The notes: a model not told the origin generated them from the letters alone. A DNA stretch of 63,768 nucleotides, filler included, from Octopus bimaculoides (GCF_001194135.2; 5 parts of 4 records of this genome joined end to end with filler, not necessarily neighbours in it); one strand, 5' to 3'. Positions 1 to 12,448 are shown, counted from the first letter of the whole stretch. Translations and numbers: made by a program.

Positions 1-76
1 GGGTGGTGGTGGTGGCGGAGGTGGTGGTAGTGGTGGTGGTCGTCGTCGTCGTCGTCGCCGACGGCATCGTCATCGT
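1..76. repeat. Compound trinucleotide repeat (GGT)n/(CGT)n
   Basis: Direct reading: ggtggtggt... followed by cgtcgtcgt... Confidence 0.9.
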
Positions 77-433
77 TGAGGTGTGTGGGCGGTTGATCTG
101 GTATGGGTGGTGGTGATAGATAGGTTTAAAGGGGAACAAGATACGTGGAGTTCTGACAATTAGAGCTACAGAGAAGAAGACAGAAAACGAGGAACAGAGA
201 GAGAGAGAGAGAGAGAAATGGGTGAAATGAAAACGCAAAGGAAATGTGTGAGGGAGAGACAACAAGAAGAGGAGGAAAAATGATTAAAAAGAGGGAGAAA
301 GAAAGATGAGGACATGAAAATGTACGGGGGTGAGGTGAGAAATCAGAGAGAAAGAGAGAGGGGGGATGAGAAAGATGGCGTGGAAAGAGTGTCAGAATGA
401 CAAGATGAAGAAAATTGTTTAGATTGAAGGATT

Positions 434-435
<2 letters not shown>

Positions 436-516
<81 letters not shown>

Positions 517-528
517 GTAGGTAGGTAG
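436..528. repeat. (GATA)n/(GGTA)n microsatellite
   Basis: Direct reading. Many more GATA, CA, TA and GA microsatellites occur throughout and account for most ORF-track entries (IYLS, YI, CV, TH runs). Confidence 0.95.
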
Positions 529-2029
529 GTCGAACAATATGGTTAGTCTCTGTTTTTGTTAGACCTTCGTCAGAGAAAGAATACCTAACTTCTGGCCACT
601 GAATATTTATACCTATTTATAGTGTGTGCAAACTCTGACACATCTAACTTAGTCGATCTAATTTGCATAACAGTGCATGCGCTGCCTGGTGGATAATTAA
701 TTGTACTCTATATAACGTCGTCAGCACATACACTTTTATGCAAATTGAACAAATTAATGTCCTAGTTTTATAGACTATATATAAATAGCTATCGTCTAAT
801 AATTTCTCCCAAGATATAACAAATGGATGTTTCATCAGACGATGATCTTACAAGACTAGAAACTAGTCAAAATGATATCCATTTTCTGCTCAAGAAGTGA
901 TAAAAATCAGTGATGTTTACTACTACTTTTACTTTTCACAAACAGTCTAAACTGTAAGTTTATTAAGAAGATATACCATATAACTTATATTTCGAATTAT
1001 ATAATTTTTATACACACACACAAGGAGAGACAAAGAGGTAGATAGACACAGATAGATAAGTAGATAGATAGGTGTGAGTGTGTGTGTGTTTTTGTGTACG
1101 TATACACATACAAACACATACATGCACACGCGCGCACGCGCACGCGTGTGTTCTCATCCAAAATGGAGACGAGTACCAACATTTTCATGTGGTATGCTTG
1201 AACATTTGCGATCTCTTCACATGAAACCATTGCTTGTCTTGTTATCCTACAAATAAAGGCATGTGTGTGTGTGCGCGCGCCCGCGTACGTGTGTGTGTAT
1301 GTATACGTGTATGTATATTTAATAATGTGTAAGTGTGTGTGTATGTGTGTGCGTGTGTGTGTATGTGTGTGCGTGTGTGTGTGTGTGTGTGTATTTCAAT
1401 ACTTCACGTAGAATGAAAAGATATGTTTATCATCCGTGAACATGTGTGCAAAAGTACGTATGTATGTCATAATGTAAGAATTGTTGCAAATATAAGCTAA
1501 TATACAGTGCATGCATCCTCTAATACAGAACTCAATACTAGGAGTAGAGTATGTATATATGTTTATTATATCAAAAAATAACATTCTAGTCGAGTTTCGC
1601 TTGGTGGTTGATTGTAACATTGCCGATCAGCTGCCAGACGATTACTTTCGTGTATTTTTATTGGTTTGAAGTAATGAGCCACACCAATGGTTTACGAGAT
1701 GCTTCCCGAGCGGCGAGATTGATGCGGTTAACGCTCTTTTTGAACAGTTGAAGCTCGAAGTTCTGCGAAAAACATACCAGAAATAAAATTCCAGATATAG
1801 GAAAAGGAAGGATTCGGTATAGTTGTTACTGCGTGATGTGGGGGTGATGGACAGAATATGGAGCCGAGAAAAGGAGAGGTGAGTGGTTCGCAATTGTGTG
1901 AGTAGACATGGCATGAGACCCTCAAGCTCTGAGATGTTAAGGGCACAGTAGTATTGGCAGAAAAGTCAGTGACTAGGAAGAAATTCTGGGAGTTAGAGGT
2001 TTCTGCTGATCAGTCAAGTTGTCATTTTT

Positions 2030-2030
<1 letters not shown>

Positions 2031-2096
<66 letters not shown>

Positions 2097-2112
2097 GCAG
2101 ACAGACAGACAT

Positions 2113-2176
<64 letters not shown>

Positions 2177-2187
2177 GTAGGTAGGTG

Positions 2188-2249
<62 letters not shown>

Positions 2250-2365
2250 TAGACAGACAGATAGACAGAGGCAGAGATATATAGACAAACAGTCAGACAG
2301 ACAAACTGACATACAGGTAGGTAGGTAGGTAGGTAGGTAGGTAGGTAGATAGATAGATAGAGAGA

Positions 2366-2461
<96 letters not shown>
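2031..2461. repeat. Compound (GATA)n/(GACA)n/(GGTA)n/(GA)n microsatellite
   Basis: Direct reading. Confidence 0.95.
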
Positions 2462-2464
<3 letters not shown>

Positions 2465-3275
2465 TCAGTCGGATTGAATGAGAAAAACAGGAGAAACGAG
2501 TGAACGAAAAACAAACCGATGGAAGTAGTGTGGGAAGGTGGGGAGAAATCAGAAGAATATGACATAATGTACTTTAGTGTTTTTATAAGGCCGTATGTAG
2601 GACAAAAGAGGGTGTGAGACAGAATGTGGGGAGCTGATAAAAAAATGAGAGAGAGGGAGAGAGAGAGGGAGAGAACTAGGTCGACCAGGAGTATGAAAGA
2701 GACAGATGCGACCTCAGGAGTAGACGAAATTAAAGAGAGAAAGACAAGACAGAGACAGAGAGAGGGACAGACAGGCAGAAAGAGGGTGAGGAGGAGAGAA
2801 GGAGGGAAGGAGAAATAATGGGGAGGGCATATAAAGAAGAAGAAAGATACAGAAAAGAATAAAAGCGAGAGACGCGTCTTAGGTGTAAGATTAAGAAAGA
2901 GAATAATAAAGCTAAGAGTGTAAATTTTGAATAACTGAGAAAAAGTGTGAAGAAGATAAAGAGTATAAAATAAAAGAAAGAAAATCAGTTGGAAATAAAG
3001 AGATAGATGAAGAAAGAATGAATGAGAATGCAAAAAGAAGAATGATTAAGAAAGAAGAAAATTTAGGAAGAAAGAGTAGCAAAGAATGTTCACGAACGAG
3101 AGTGAGTAATGAACTACGAATATGAATGAAAGAATACAGAAGCAAGATGGCGTCCGAAAAAAGAGTATGGGAGAAAGAATGACGTGTTGATTGTAGTGTG
3201 CAGGCTGTAGTAAAAAATGTGGTATGATTAGTAAATTGACAGCTGTGTGTTGACTAAAATCTGTTGACTGTAGTG

Positions 3276-3365
3276 CAGTAGTTCTCAACCGGGGCCCATA
3301 TAGTCTTGAGGTTCCATATAAGAGTTTGTTGTAAAAACTTATGTGCAATTTATTTTAGCACTTTC
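3276..3365 (+). mobile_element. hAT-like non-autonomous element, left-end fragment
   Basis: Begins CAGTAGTTCTCAACC, a typical hAT terminal motif; no right TIR seen. Confidence 0.4.
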
Positions 3366-3379
3366 TTTTATACACAGAT

Positions 3380-3514
3380 GCAGGCGTAGCTGTGTGCTAA
3401 GAAGCTTGCTTCCCACCCACATGGTTCCGAGTTCAGTCCTACTGTGTGGTACCTTGGGCAAGTGTCTTCTACTATAGTCTCAGGCCGACCAAAGCTTTGT
3501 GAGTGGATTTGGTG
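3380..3514 (+). mobile_element. SINE family A (tRNA head + CORE-like segment), 5' module only
   Basis: A-box-like TAGCTGTGTGCT, B-box-like AGTTCAGTCC, then ACCTTGGGCAAGTGTCTT (CORE-like); homologous to more than 10 other copies in the window. Confidence 0.85.
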
Positions 3515-3675
3515 GAGGAATAAATGGGTTAATAGAAACCAATGTAGCAAAGAACACAAAATAACTGTGGTTTAGTTCCTGTTTTTAAGGCAGGAACTCC
3601 TTGAAATTTTGGGTATTTGAGTATATTTAAGAATTTAAGGATTGGAGAAAACGCATGTTATAATTGCATACTTTA

Positions 3676-3759
3676 TTCCTACATATGTTTCAAAGGATTA
3701 CAACCTGTGTGATCCATAGGGATCTTTGATATTAAAATTGTAACCTTCTCATCAGGGAA
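3676..3759 (-). ncRNA. Type I hammerhead ribozyme fold
   Basis: Minus strand: stem I UUCC/GGAA; core CUGAUGA (3755-3749); stem II GAAGG-UUACAA/UUGUAA-U-CCUUU; GAAA; stem III AC-AUAU-GU; triplet GUA, predicted cut between 3680 and 3679; AAUAAA overlaps the 3' strand of stem I. Confidence 0.8.
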
Positions 3760-4326
3760 AGCATATATATATATAATTAATTCAATAATAGGATAAAATC
3801 TTTTACAAGAATTTTATCAAGAAGCCAGCGTGAAAAAACTCATAAGGGAAAAAAAACCCATCATTNNNNNNNNNNNNNNNNNNNNNNNNNNNNNNNNNNN
3901 NNNNNNNNNNNNNNNNNNNNNNNNNNNNNNNNNNNNNNNNNNNNNNNNNNNNNNNNNNNNNNNNNNNNNNNNNNNNNNNNNNNNNNNNNNNNNNNNNNNN
4001 NNNNNNNNNNNNNNNNNNNNNNNNNNNNNNNNNNNNNNNNNNNNNNNNNNNNNNNNNNNNNNNNNNNNNNNNNNNNNNNNNNNNNNNNNNNNNNNNNNNN
4101 NNNNNNNNNNNNNNNNNNNNNNNNNNNNNNNNNNNNNNNNNNNNNNNNNNNNNNNNNNNNNNNNNNNNNNNNNNNNNNNNNNNNNNNNNNNNNNNNNNNN
4201 NNNNNNNNNNNNNNNNNNNNNNNNNNNNNNNNNNNNNNNNNNNNNNNNNNNNNNNNNNNNNNNNNNNNNNNNNNNNNNNNNNNNNNNNNNNNNNNNNNNN
4301 NNNNNNNNNNNNNNNNNNNNNNNNNN

Positions 4327-4358
<32 letters not shown>

Positions 4359-4611
4359 GTGTGTGTGTGTCTGTCTGTCTGTCTGTGCTTGATCGACTGT
4401 TGTGTGAATTGATGGAAAGTCATTTCTGATTGGAGCCAGTATAGCTCTTTCACATAGCCAGTTTACATCAGTGTAATTGTCAATCACACATACACTCACA
4501 CGCACACACACTTTAACATACACTGACACACACACATACACACTCACATACACTGATACACACATACACTCACATATATATACTAAGACAGACACACACA
4601 GACATACATTT

Positions 4612-5045
4612 ATGTAACGAACGCACAAATACACACACACTCACAGACACATACACGCTCATATACAAAATATCTCATCGTCGTCGTAGTAGTAGTATAA
4701 AATGTCCTTTACTATATCGCACGTAATGACTGCGCAGACATGCACACAGTCACAGGCACATGCACACTCATATACGAAATGTGTCGTCACCGTCGTCGTT
4801 GTGGTATAAAATGTATTTTAGTATGTCATACGTAACGAACGCGCAAACATACACACACATACTCACAGATACTCACAGACACATACGCACTCATATACAA
4901 AATATATTGTAGTGGTATAAAAATGTCCTTTACTATGTCATACGTAACGAACGCACAAACACACACACTCTCATAGGCACATACACACTCATATGCAGAA
5001 TGTGACGTCGTCGTCGTCGTCGTACATATATCCTTTACTATAGTT
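4612..5045. repeat. Degenerate tandem repeat, about 4 units of ~110 bp
   Basis: Recurrent CGTAACGAACGC, CACTCATATAC(A/G)AAAT and GTATAAAATGTCCTTTACTAT motifs at ~110-bp spacing. Confidence 0.75.
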
Positions 5046-6226
5046 GACTATAGAAAGATTATTTGAGATAAAGTGTTATATTGTTTTAATCCAAATGAAA
5101 ATAAAAATTACATGTTGACACTCGCGAATTCTAATACTATTACCTTGTATAATTTTATTTTATTTGGTGGAGCCGTTTGAGAATGCATGGTGAACAGATA
5201 GACAGACAAAGAATCTTATTTATATNNNNNNNNNNNNNNNNNNNNNNNNNNNNNNNNNNNNNNNNNNNNNNNNNNNNNNNNNNNNNNNNNNNNNNNNNNN
5301 NNNNNNNNNNNNNNNNNNNNNNNNNNNNNNNNNNNNNNNNNNNNNNNNNNNNNNNNNNNNNNNNNNNNNNNNNNNNNNNNNNNNNNNNNNNNNNNNNNNN
5401 NNNNNNNNNNNNNNNNNNNNNNNNNNNNNNNNNNNNNNNNNNNNNNNNNNNNNNNNNNNNNNNNNNNNNNNNNNNNNNNNNNNNNNNNNNNNNNNNNNNN
5501 NNNNNNNNNNNNNNNNNNNNNNNNNNNNNNNNNNNNNNNNNNNNNNNNNNNNNNNNNNNNNNNNNNNNNNNNNNNNNNNNNNNNNNNNNNNNNNNNNNNN
5601 NNNNNNNNNNNNNNNNNNNNNNNNNNNNNNNNNNNNNNNNNNNNNNNNNNNNNNNNNNNNNNNNNNNNNNNNNNNNNNNNNNNNNNNNNNNNNNNNNNNN
5701 NNNNNNNNNNNNNNNNNNNNNNNNNNNNNNNNNNNNNNNNNNNNNNNNNNNNNNNNNNNNNNNNNNNNNNNNNNNNNNNNNNNNNNNNNNNNNNNNNNNN
5801 NNNNNNNNNNNNNNNNNNNNNNNNNNNNNNNNNNNNNNNNNNNNNNNNNNNNNNNNNNNNNNNNNNNNNNNNNNNNNNNNNNNNNNNNNNNNNNNNNNNN
5901 NNNNNNNNNNNNNNNNNNNNNNNNNNNNNNNNNNNNNNNNNNNNNNNNNNNNNNNNNNNNNNNNNNNNNNNNNNNNNNNNNNNNNNNNNNNNNNNNNNNN
6001 NNNNNNNNNNNNNNNNNNNNNNNNNNNNNNNNNNNNNNNNNNNNNNNNNNNNNNNNNNNNNNNNNNNNNNNNNNNNNNNNNNNNNNNNNNNNNNNNNNNN
6101 NNNNNNNNNNNNNNNNNNNNNNNNNNNNNNNNNNNNNNNNNNNNNNNNNNNNNNNNNNNNNNNNNNNNNNNNNNNNATTACTCGTTATCTTCTCCCTACT
6201 TGTTTGAAACCATTACATTGCAACTC

Positions 6227-6322
6227 TTGCATCATCATTTGGTACTGTTGCATCATCATTTGGTACTGTTGCATCATCATTTGGTACTGTTGCATCATCA
6301 TTTGGTACTGTTGCATCACTTT
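6227..6322. repeat. 21-bp minisatellite (TTGCATCATCATTTGGTACTG) x ~4.5
   Basis: Four exact units plus a partial unit. Confidence 0.95.
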
Positions 6323-6633
6323 TGGGAGTAAAAATTGATCAGCATAGTTGTTATTATCGAAGTTGGAAGAGTTTGAAACATAGGTGACAAGTACTTTTTT
6401 TTTTTTCAAGAAATATTTCCTCTTCCTTGACCATTGCAATTGCAATTACAATTATCTGGATAAATTTTGGTGTTTAACAATCAATATTCTTTTCTCCGTA
6501 GGATTCCAAGTTAATTTTTTTCCACACTAATGTCTAATTTGATCATTTTCAATTTTTAAATAATGATGTTTAACGTGGGGTAAAATGAGCCATGGCAAAT
6601 TTCAATATTTTTTTCTCTTTAACTACAGGCTGC

Positions 6634-7557
6634 GGATCTTTTTGGTTTGACGGACAACATTTGTTTTCTTAACGAAACACTTTCAAACTTGGGATACTGG
6701 TAGAATGTGTCATATAAAACATCTTTTTCTCTTAGCCTTCTTAACAAAAATTAGTTCTTAATAAGTTATTTCATGTTAAAGTTGTCGTATTTCGGTAATT
6801 TCGACCAATCACTGACGTCTATTCAGCTGAATACAGTTAGTGCCGTAGAATGTAAACAACATATTCTAACGGTGCTATGGGATCTTTTCCCTTGAATAAA
6901 ATTAGTGCCGTTGTTTGTCAACAACAACTATCGACGGTACTGTTATTTATAACATCGTTCGTGCGTTTGTACTGGTTTTAGCTTTAGGGTTTTAGGGTTA
7001 GGGTTCCGGTTTTAGGGTTAGGGTTCCGGTTTTAGAGTTAAAGTTAGGGTTAGGGTTATGATTATTTTTAGGGTTATAATTATTTTTGCCATAACCTCAC
7101 TCATAAAACCCTAACCCTAACCCTAAAACCCTATAGCTCATTACCATAACCCTAACCCTAACCCCAACTCTAACCATAAAACCCTAACCCTAACTCTAAA
7201 ACCCGAACCCTAACCCAAACGCACGAACGATGTTATAAATAACATTACCGCCGATAGTTGTTGTTGACAAACAACGGCACTAATTTTATTCAAGGGAAAA
7301 GATCCCATAACACCGTTAGAATATGTTGTTTACATTCTACGGCACTAACTGTATTCAGCTGAATAGACGTCATTGATTGGTTGAAATTACCGAAATACGA
7401 CAACTTTTTACAAGAAATAACTTCGAATACAAAAATTTGTATCTGTTCTATAACACAAAATATGCAAGTATACGAAGTTTGAAAGTGTTTCGGTGCGAAA
7501 AACACTACATAAATAAAACATAAATGAAAAATGTTGCCCGTCAAACCAAAAAGATCC
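6634..7557. mobile_element. Fold-back non-autonomous DNA transposon with central inverted telomere-like arrays
   Basis: TIR GGATCTTTTTGGTTTGACGG...CCGTCAAACCAAAAAGATCC; inner ~200 bp of the arms near-identical; centre degenerate (TTAGGG)n then (CCCTAA)n; flanks CAGGCTGC and CAGGCT-NN suggest an 8-bp TSD. Confidence 0.85.
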
Positions 7558-7742
7558 CAGGCTNNNNNNNNNNNNNNNNNNNNNNNNNNNNNNNNNNNNN
7601 NNNNNNNNNNNNNNNNNNNNNNNNNNNNNNNNNNNNNNNNNNNNNNNNNNNNNNNNNNNNNNNNNNNNNNNNNNNNTACTCAAAGAGAACGGTAATAATT
7701 TCCTGGAATAGTATTTAGATTATGTTATAACGTTTTTAATAA

Positions 7743-7919
7743 GCGTAGGAGTGGCTGCGTGGTAAGTAGCTTGCTTACGAACCTCATGGTTCCGGGTTCA
7801 GTCACACTGCGTGGCACCTTGGGCAAGTGGCACCTTGGCAAGTGTCTTCTACTATAGCCTCGGGTCGACCAAAGCCTTGTGAGTGGATTTGGTAGACGGA
7901 AACTGAAAGAAGCCCTTCG

Positions 7920-7960
<41 letters not shown>

Positions 7961-8160
7961 CCCGCTTGACAAGCGATGGTGGTGTGTTTACGTTCCCGTG
8001 ACTTAGCAGTTTGGCAAAAGATACTGATAGAATAAGTGCTAGGCGTACAAAGAATAAGTCCCGGGGTCGATTTGCTCGACTAAAGGCGGTGCTCCAGCAT
8101 GGCCGCAGTCAAATGACTGAAACAAGTAAAAGAGTAAAAGAGTAAAAGAGTAAATGAGTA
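7743..8160 (+). mobile_element. SINE family A, full length
   Basis: tRNA head, CORE-like part with a small internal duplication of GTGGCACCTTGG(G)CAA, (TA)/(TG) linker, 3' module, (GAGTAAAA)n tail. Confidence 0.9.
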
Positions 8161-9111
8161 ATATATCTATCTCATAAAGCCTGCTGCTAGGAGGAAAAGT
8201 TTCCTGTATCGGTCCCAGGACTTAACTGATGGTTATAAATTTATCGGCTCCGGAAGGATAAAATACTAATAGCCATTGGTATTAAGTGTTCATTTCAGAT
8301 GTCACAATATGTCGTCTTTCGAATCCTGCAAACGACCAGCAGTTCGAGGTGCGTTTCATGAAAGAAATTCAAATTGTTCGTTCGATTTAATATTTTGATT
8401 GCATTTGAATGTGAAGAGGTTTCTTTTTTTTTCTTTCTTTACTATTTATCTATTTTTCAGTCTTTGTTAATAGAAAATATAAATAACGGAAACACCGTGA
8501 GATTTTCATTGGTCAGTAGCTATCGTATGTGTGTGGGTGGACGTATTATATTGGTGTGAGTATATATGTATGTGTGTGTGTGTCTGTGTGTGTGTGTATC
8601 GAATGTATACATGTCAAGATAATATATATTAGATAGATAGATAGAAAGAAAGAAAGATAAATAGATAGATAGATAGATAGATAGATAGTTATTGGTTATC
8701 ATATCTGTGTGTAAACGTCCGTTATTCATTATTCTTCTTCTCTCTCCCCTTATTCACTCTTAATATATATATGTGTTTGTGTATTGTGAATTACATCGTG
8801 CTTGAATCACTGTAGTCGTATTATTATTATACTTCGCTTTAAGAGAATTTATTATGAATTAAGTATCTGAAGTCTTTCATCATACATCTACAACCTTGTC
8901 ACTGACTATCCTTACTCGCTGTATCTTTACTTCTGTATCCCCACCGTGCATATGGATACATAAAATGCACACACGCTTTCACGTGTACGTACATGTATAC
9001 GTGTGTGTGTGTGTGTGTGTGTGTGTCTGTGTATGTATACACGTATATATCGAGACAGATACATGCAGATTTGCATACGTACACACACGCACACACAAAC
9101 ATACATACATT

Positions 9112-9152
<41 letters not shown>

Positions 9153-9487
9153 TACTTTTCTGTTGTTGTTGGATCACTACATTCATAGTTTGTTTTTATA
9201 GGAACTTACATATAAAAAGAAAAAACAATACATTAAAATGAAGATCGCTGAATACTTTTCAGTGAAGTCCATATTAGAAAAATTAATCAATTTCTACAAA
9301 GATTGGTGATAACGACGAGCAAGTCGAAAGTTCACGGTCACTGGAAACTTTATAAAACCATACACGCACTCACATGCGTACATGTCTTTGGTTTTCTTTT
9401 AACTTATACCTTTTACTTCACTCATTAGACTGCGGCCATACTGGATCACCGCCTTGCAGGATTTTTAGTCGAATGAATCCTCCCCTA

Positions 9488-9622
9488 CCAACCACATGGT
9501 TCCGGGTTGATTCCCACTGCGTGGCACCTTGGGCAAATGTCTTTTACTATAGCCTCGGGCCGACCAAAGCCTTGTGAGTGGATTTGGTAGACGGAAACTG
9601 AAAGAAGCCCGTTGTATATATG

Positions 9623-9661
<39 letters not shown>

Positions 9662-9809
9662 TTGTGTGTCTGTGTTTGTCCACCCCCTAGCATTGCTTGA
9701 CAACCGATGCTGGAGTGTTTATGTCCCCGTAACTTAGCAGTTCGGCAAAGGAGACCGATAGAATAAGTACTAGGCTTTCAAAGAATAAGTCCCGGGGTCG
9801 ATTTGCTCG
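9488..9809 (+). mobile_element. SINE family A, 5'-trimmed, running into gap
   Basis: Homology to 7743-8160. Confidence 0.85.
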
Positions 9810-10394
9810 NNNNNNNNNNNNNNNNNNNNNNNNNNNNNNNNNNNNNNNNNNNNNNNNNNNNNNNNNNNNNNNNNNNNNNNNNNNNNNNNNNNNNNNNNNN
9901 NNNNNNNNNNNNNNNNNNNNNNNNNNNNNNNNNNNNNNNNNNNNNNNNNNNNNNNNNNNNNNNNNNNNNNNNNNNNNNNNNNNNNNNNNNNNNNNNNNNN
10001 NNNNNNNNNNNNNNNNNNNNNNNNNNNNNNNNNNNNNNNNNNNNNNNNNNNNNNNNNNNNNNNNNNNNNNNNNNNNNNNNNNNNNNNNNNNNNNNNNNNN
10101 NNNNNNNNNNNNNNNNNNNNNNNNNNNNNNNNNNNNNNNNNNNNNNNNNNNNNNNNNNNNNNNNNNNNNNNNNNNNNNNNNNNNNNNNNNNNNNNNNNNN
10201 NNNNNNNNNNNNNNNNNNNNNNNNNNNNNNNNNNNNNNNNNNNNNNNNNNNNNNNNNNNNNNNNNNNNNNNNNNNNNNNNNNNNNNNNNNNNNNNNNNNN
10301 NNNNNNNNNNNNNNNNNNNNNNAGAGAGAGAGAGAGAGTGAGAGAGAGAGAGAGAGAGAAAGAGAAATGGTTAGCTAGATAATGTAATATGCAC

Positions 10395-10680
10395 CTATAC
10401 ATAGTGATAGCCACTTTTTTACAGATGGCCGTCTCCTCGATTTTGTAAAGAGCGCCCATGGGTAAGCATGTAGCTCTTCTGGCTTGTTTCACTTTTGCAA
10501 GTTTTGTTGCGTATGTGACAAACAAAACATTTGTCTTTACTGTTGACATTAACAGTCTTTGTGTATCCTCTTATGGCTTTTCATACCCGACTGCAAACGT
10601 ACATACTTTGTCTCAAAATTGACATGAAACCCCTGTAGGTTGCTAAGGAAGTACCCTGTGCATGATCGGCTGGTAGTTGT
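10395..10680 (-). mobile_element. RTE-clade LINE 3' fragment (degenerate C2H2-like fingers)
   Basis: Minus strand translates ...SGMKSHKRIH and CFVCHIRNKTCKSETSQKSYMLTH, then TCGAGGAGACGGCCATC like the 3' end at 47450. Confidence 0.5.
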
Positions 10681-10944
10681 TCGTTATATATACACACGCA
10701 TACACACATACATGTGTATGTGTGTGTGTGTTGGGGTCACGATCATAACGTCATGGGTTCGATTTGAGGACAGAGTGGCGCGTTGACTTTCGGCACGGTA
10801 TGACATTTCATTTTGCTCTTGTCCACTCAGCTGAAAATAGGTACCATTCTAGTGCTTGTTGCAGCCTTCGCTTCCGCCAGCTGTTCCGAGTCAAAAGTAG
10901 GGAGAGTGAAGAAGGCGCCTATGTCTGCTAGCGACTATGTGTAC

Positions 10945-10994
10945 CAGTGATTCTCAACCACGGTACATAGGCAAAAAATGGTTGAGAAACACTG
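10945..10994. mobile_element. 50-bp minimal hAT-like MITE
   Basis: TIR CAGTGATTCTCAACCA / TGGTTGAGAAACACTG; flanks ATGTGTAC / ATGAAGAC (5/8 match). Confidence 0.6.
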
Positions 10995-11109
10995 ATGAAG
11001 ACACAAAACAATTTAGAAGATGCGTGTTACAAGTGACTAGGTCATACTCGCTTGCGAGTGACGGCTAAACCTTATGCATACATAGACAGACAGACAGACA
11101 GACAGACAA

Positions 11110-11175
<66 letters not shown>

Positions 11176-11346
11176 GTACGGAGAGAGAGAGAGAGATTGA
11201 ACAGGAAGAGTCATATATTTAAATATATGGATACTAATTTCTATTAGAAACATTAGCAAGGAAAGCTCTTAAAACTTCAACCCAACTTTACTCCAGTTTT
11301 CTTATTCTTAAAAATATCGATACACACACGAACACGCACACGCACG

Positions 11347-11391
<45 letters not shown>

Positions 11392-12179
11392 GTATACATA
11401 TTGTATATACCCAGTTCGTAAAAGGACTCGTTAAAAACTTGTACTTTCATATTTTCATTGATACAAGAATCGAAATGTAAACAGCTCTTTAGCTACAGAA
11501 AGGGGTGCACGCGCGCGCACACGTACACACACACACACACACACACACGTAGATATACACATAATGCCCCTTGTACCACAACTACTACTGCTACCATAAA
11601 CTACCATCACTTCTATCGCTACCACAACCATTTCCACTTTTACATTCATCCCATTCAAAATTCAGCGTTTCGAGCTAACGAGGGAACCTCTACACCAGTG
11701 TTTCCTAACCTTTTTTCTGGCGTTCCACTTTTTAATAAATTTTACCTTTGCTCTACTTTTTAACAACAATTTTTTCGGTGCTCAACTTTTTAATAACAAA
11801 AAATCTGGTGCCCATCATTTATTTTTTTAATAAAGAAACACGATCTTTAATTCAATTACCTGGCTGACAGATATCTCGACTCATTTAATGAGAACCCTAT
11901 GCTTGGTGCATACGGTACAAATCCTTGATATGAGAAGACAATTTCGTTATTTCAGCCGTAAATCGCCATGTTGTGTCATTTCAAGCCGGTTTATCTTGGC
12001 TTCTAGCAAATTGTCGACTGCACTGAATCCACATTCGACCAACTAAGACGAAGGAAAATCAATCAATCGTTCTCTGAGATGTTGGGGGTATTTTCTTTCA
12101 ACCTCGTCGCATAGCCACATATTTGTACCTTTCAGTTTAAACAAAGTCTTCACTGATTCATCATGTTGCAATTCTGGTA

Positions 12180-12226
<47 letters not shown>

Positions 12227-12246
12227 NNNNNNNNNNNNNNNNNNNN

Positions 12247-12292
<46 letters not shown>

Positions 12293-12293
<1 letters not shown>

Positions 12294-12448
12294 GACGGGC
12301 TTCTTTCAGTTTCCGTATACCAAATCCACTCACAAGGCTTTGGTCGGCCCGAGGCTATAGTAGAAGACACTTGCCCAAGGTGCCACGCAGTGGGACTGAA
12401 CCTGAAACCATGTGGTTCGTAAGCAACCCACTTACCGCACAGCCGTAC
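12293..12448 (-). mobile_element. SINE family A 5' module
   Basis: Reverse-complement homology to other copies. Confidence 0.85.

Noticed and set aside
528-580. CUGACGAAGGUCU...AGAC-UAACCAUAUUGUU on the minus strand
   Set aside because: Resembles a decayed hammerhead, but GAAA and stem I are missing.
6227-6322. CRISPR-like array or reflectin gene
   Set aside because: Repeats have no spacers, and the reflectin motif is absent.
6980-7215. TTAGGG arrays as a chromosome end or fusion site
   Set aside because: Short, degenerate and enclosed by TIRs of interspersed elements.
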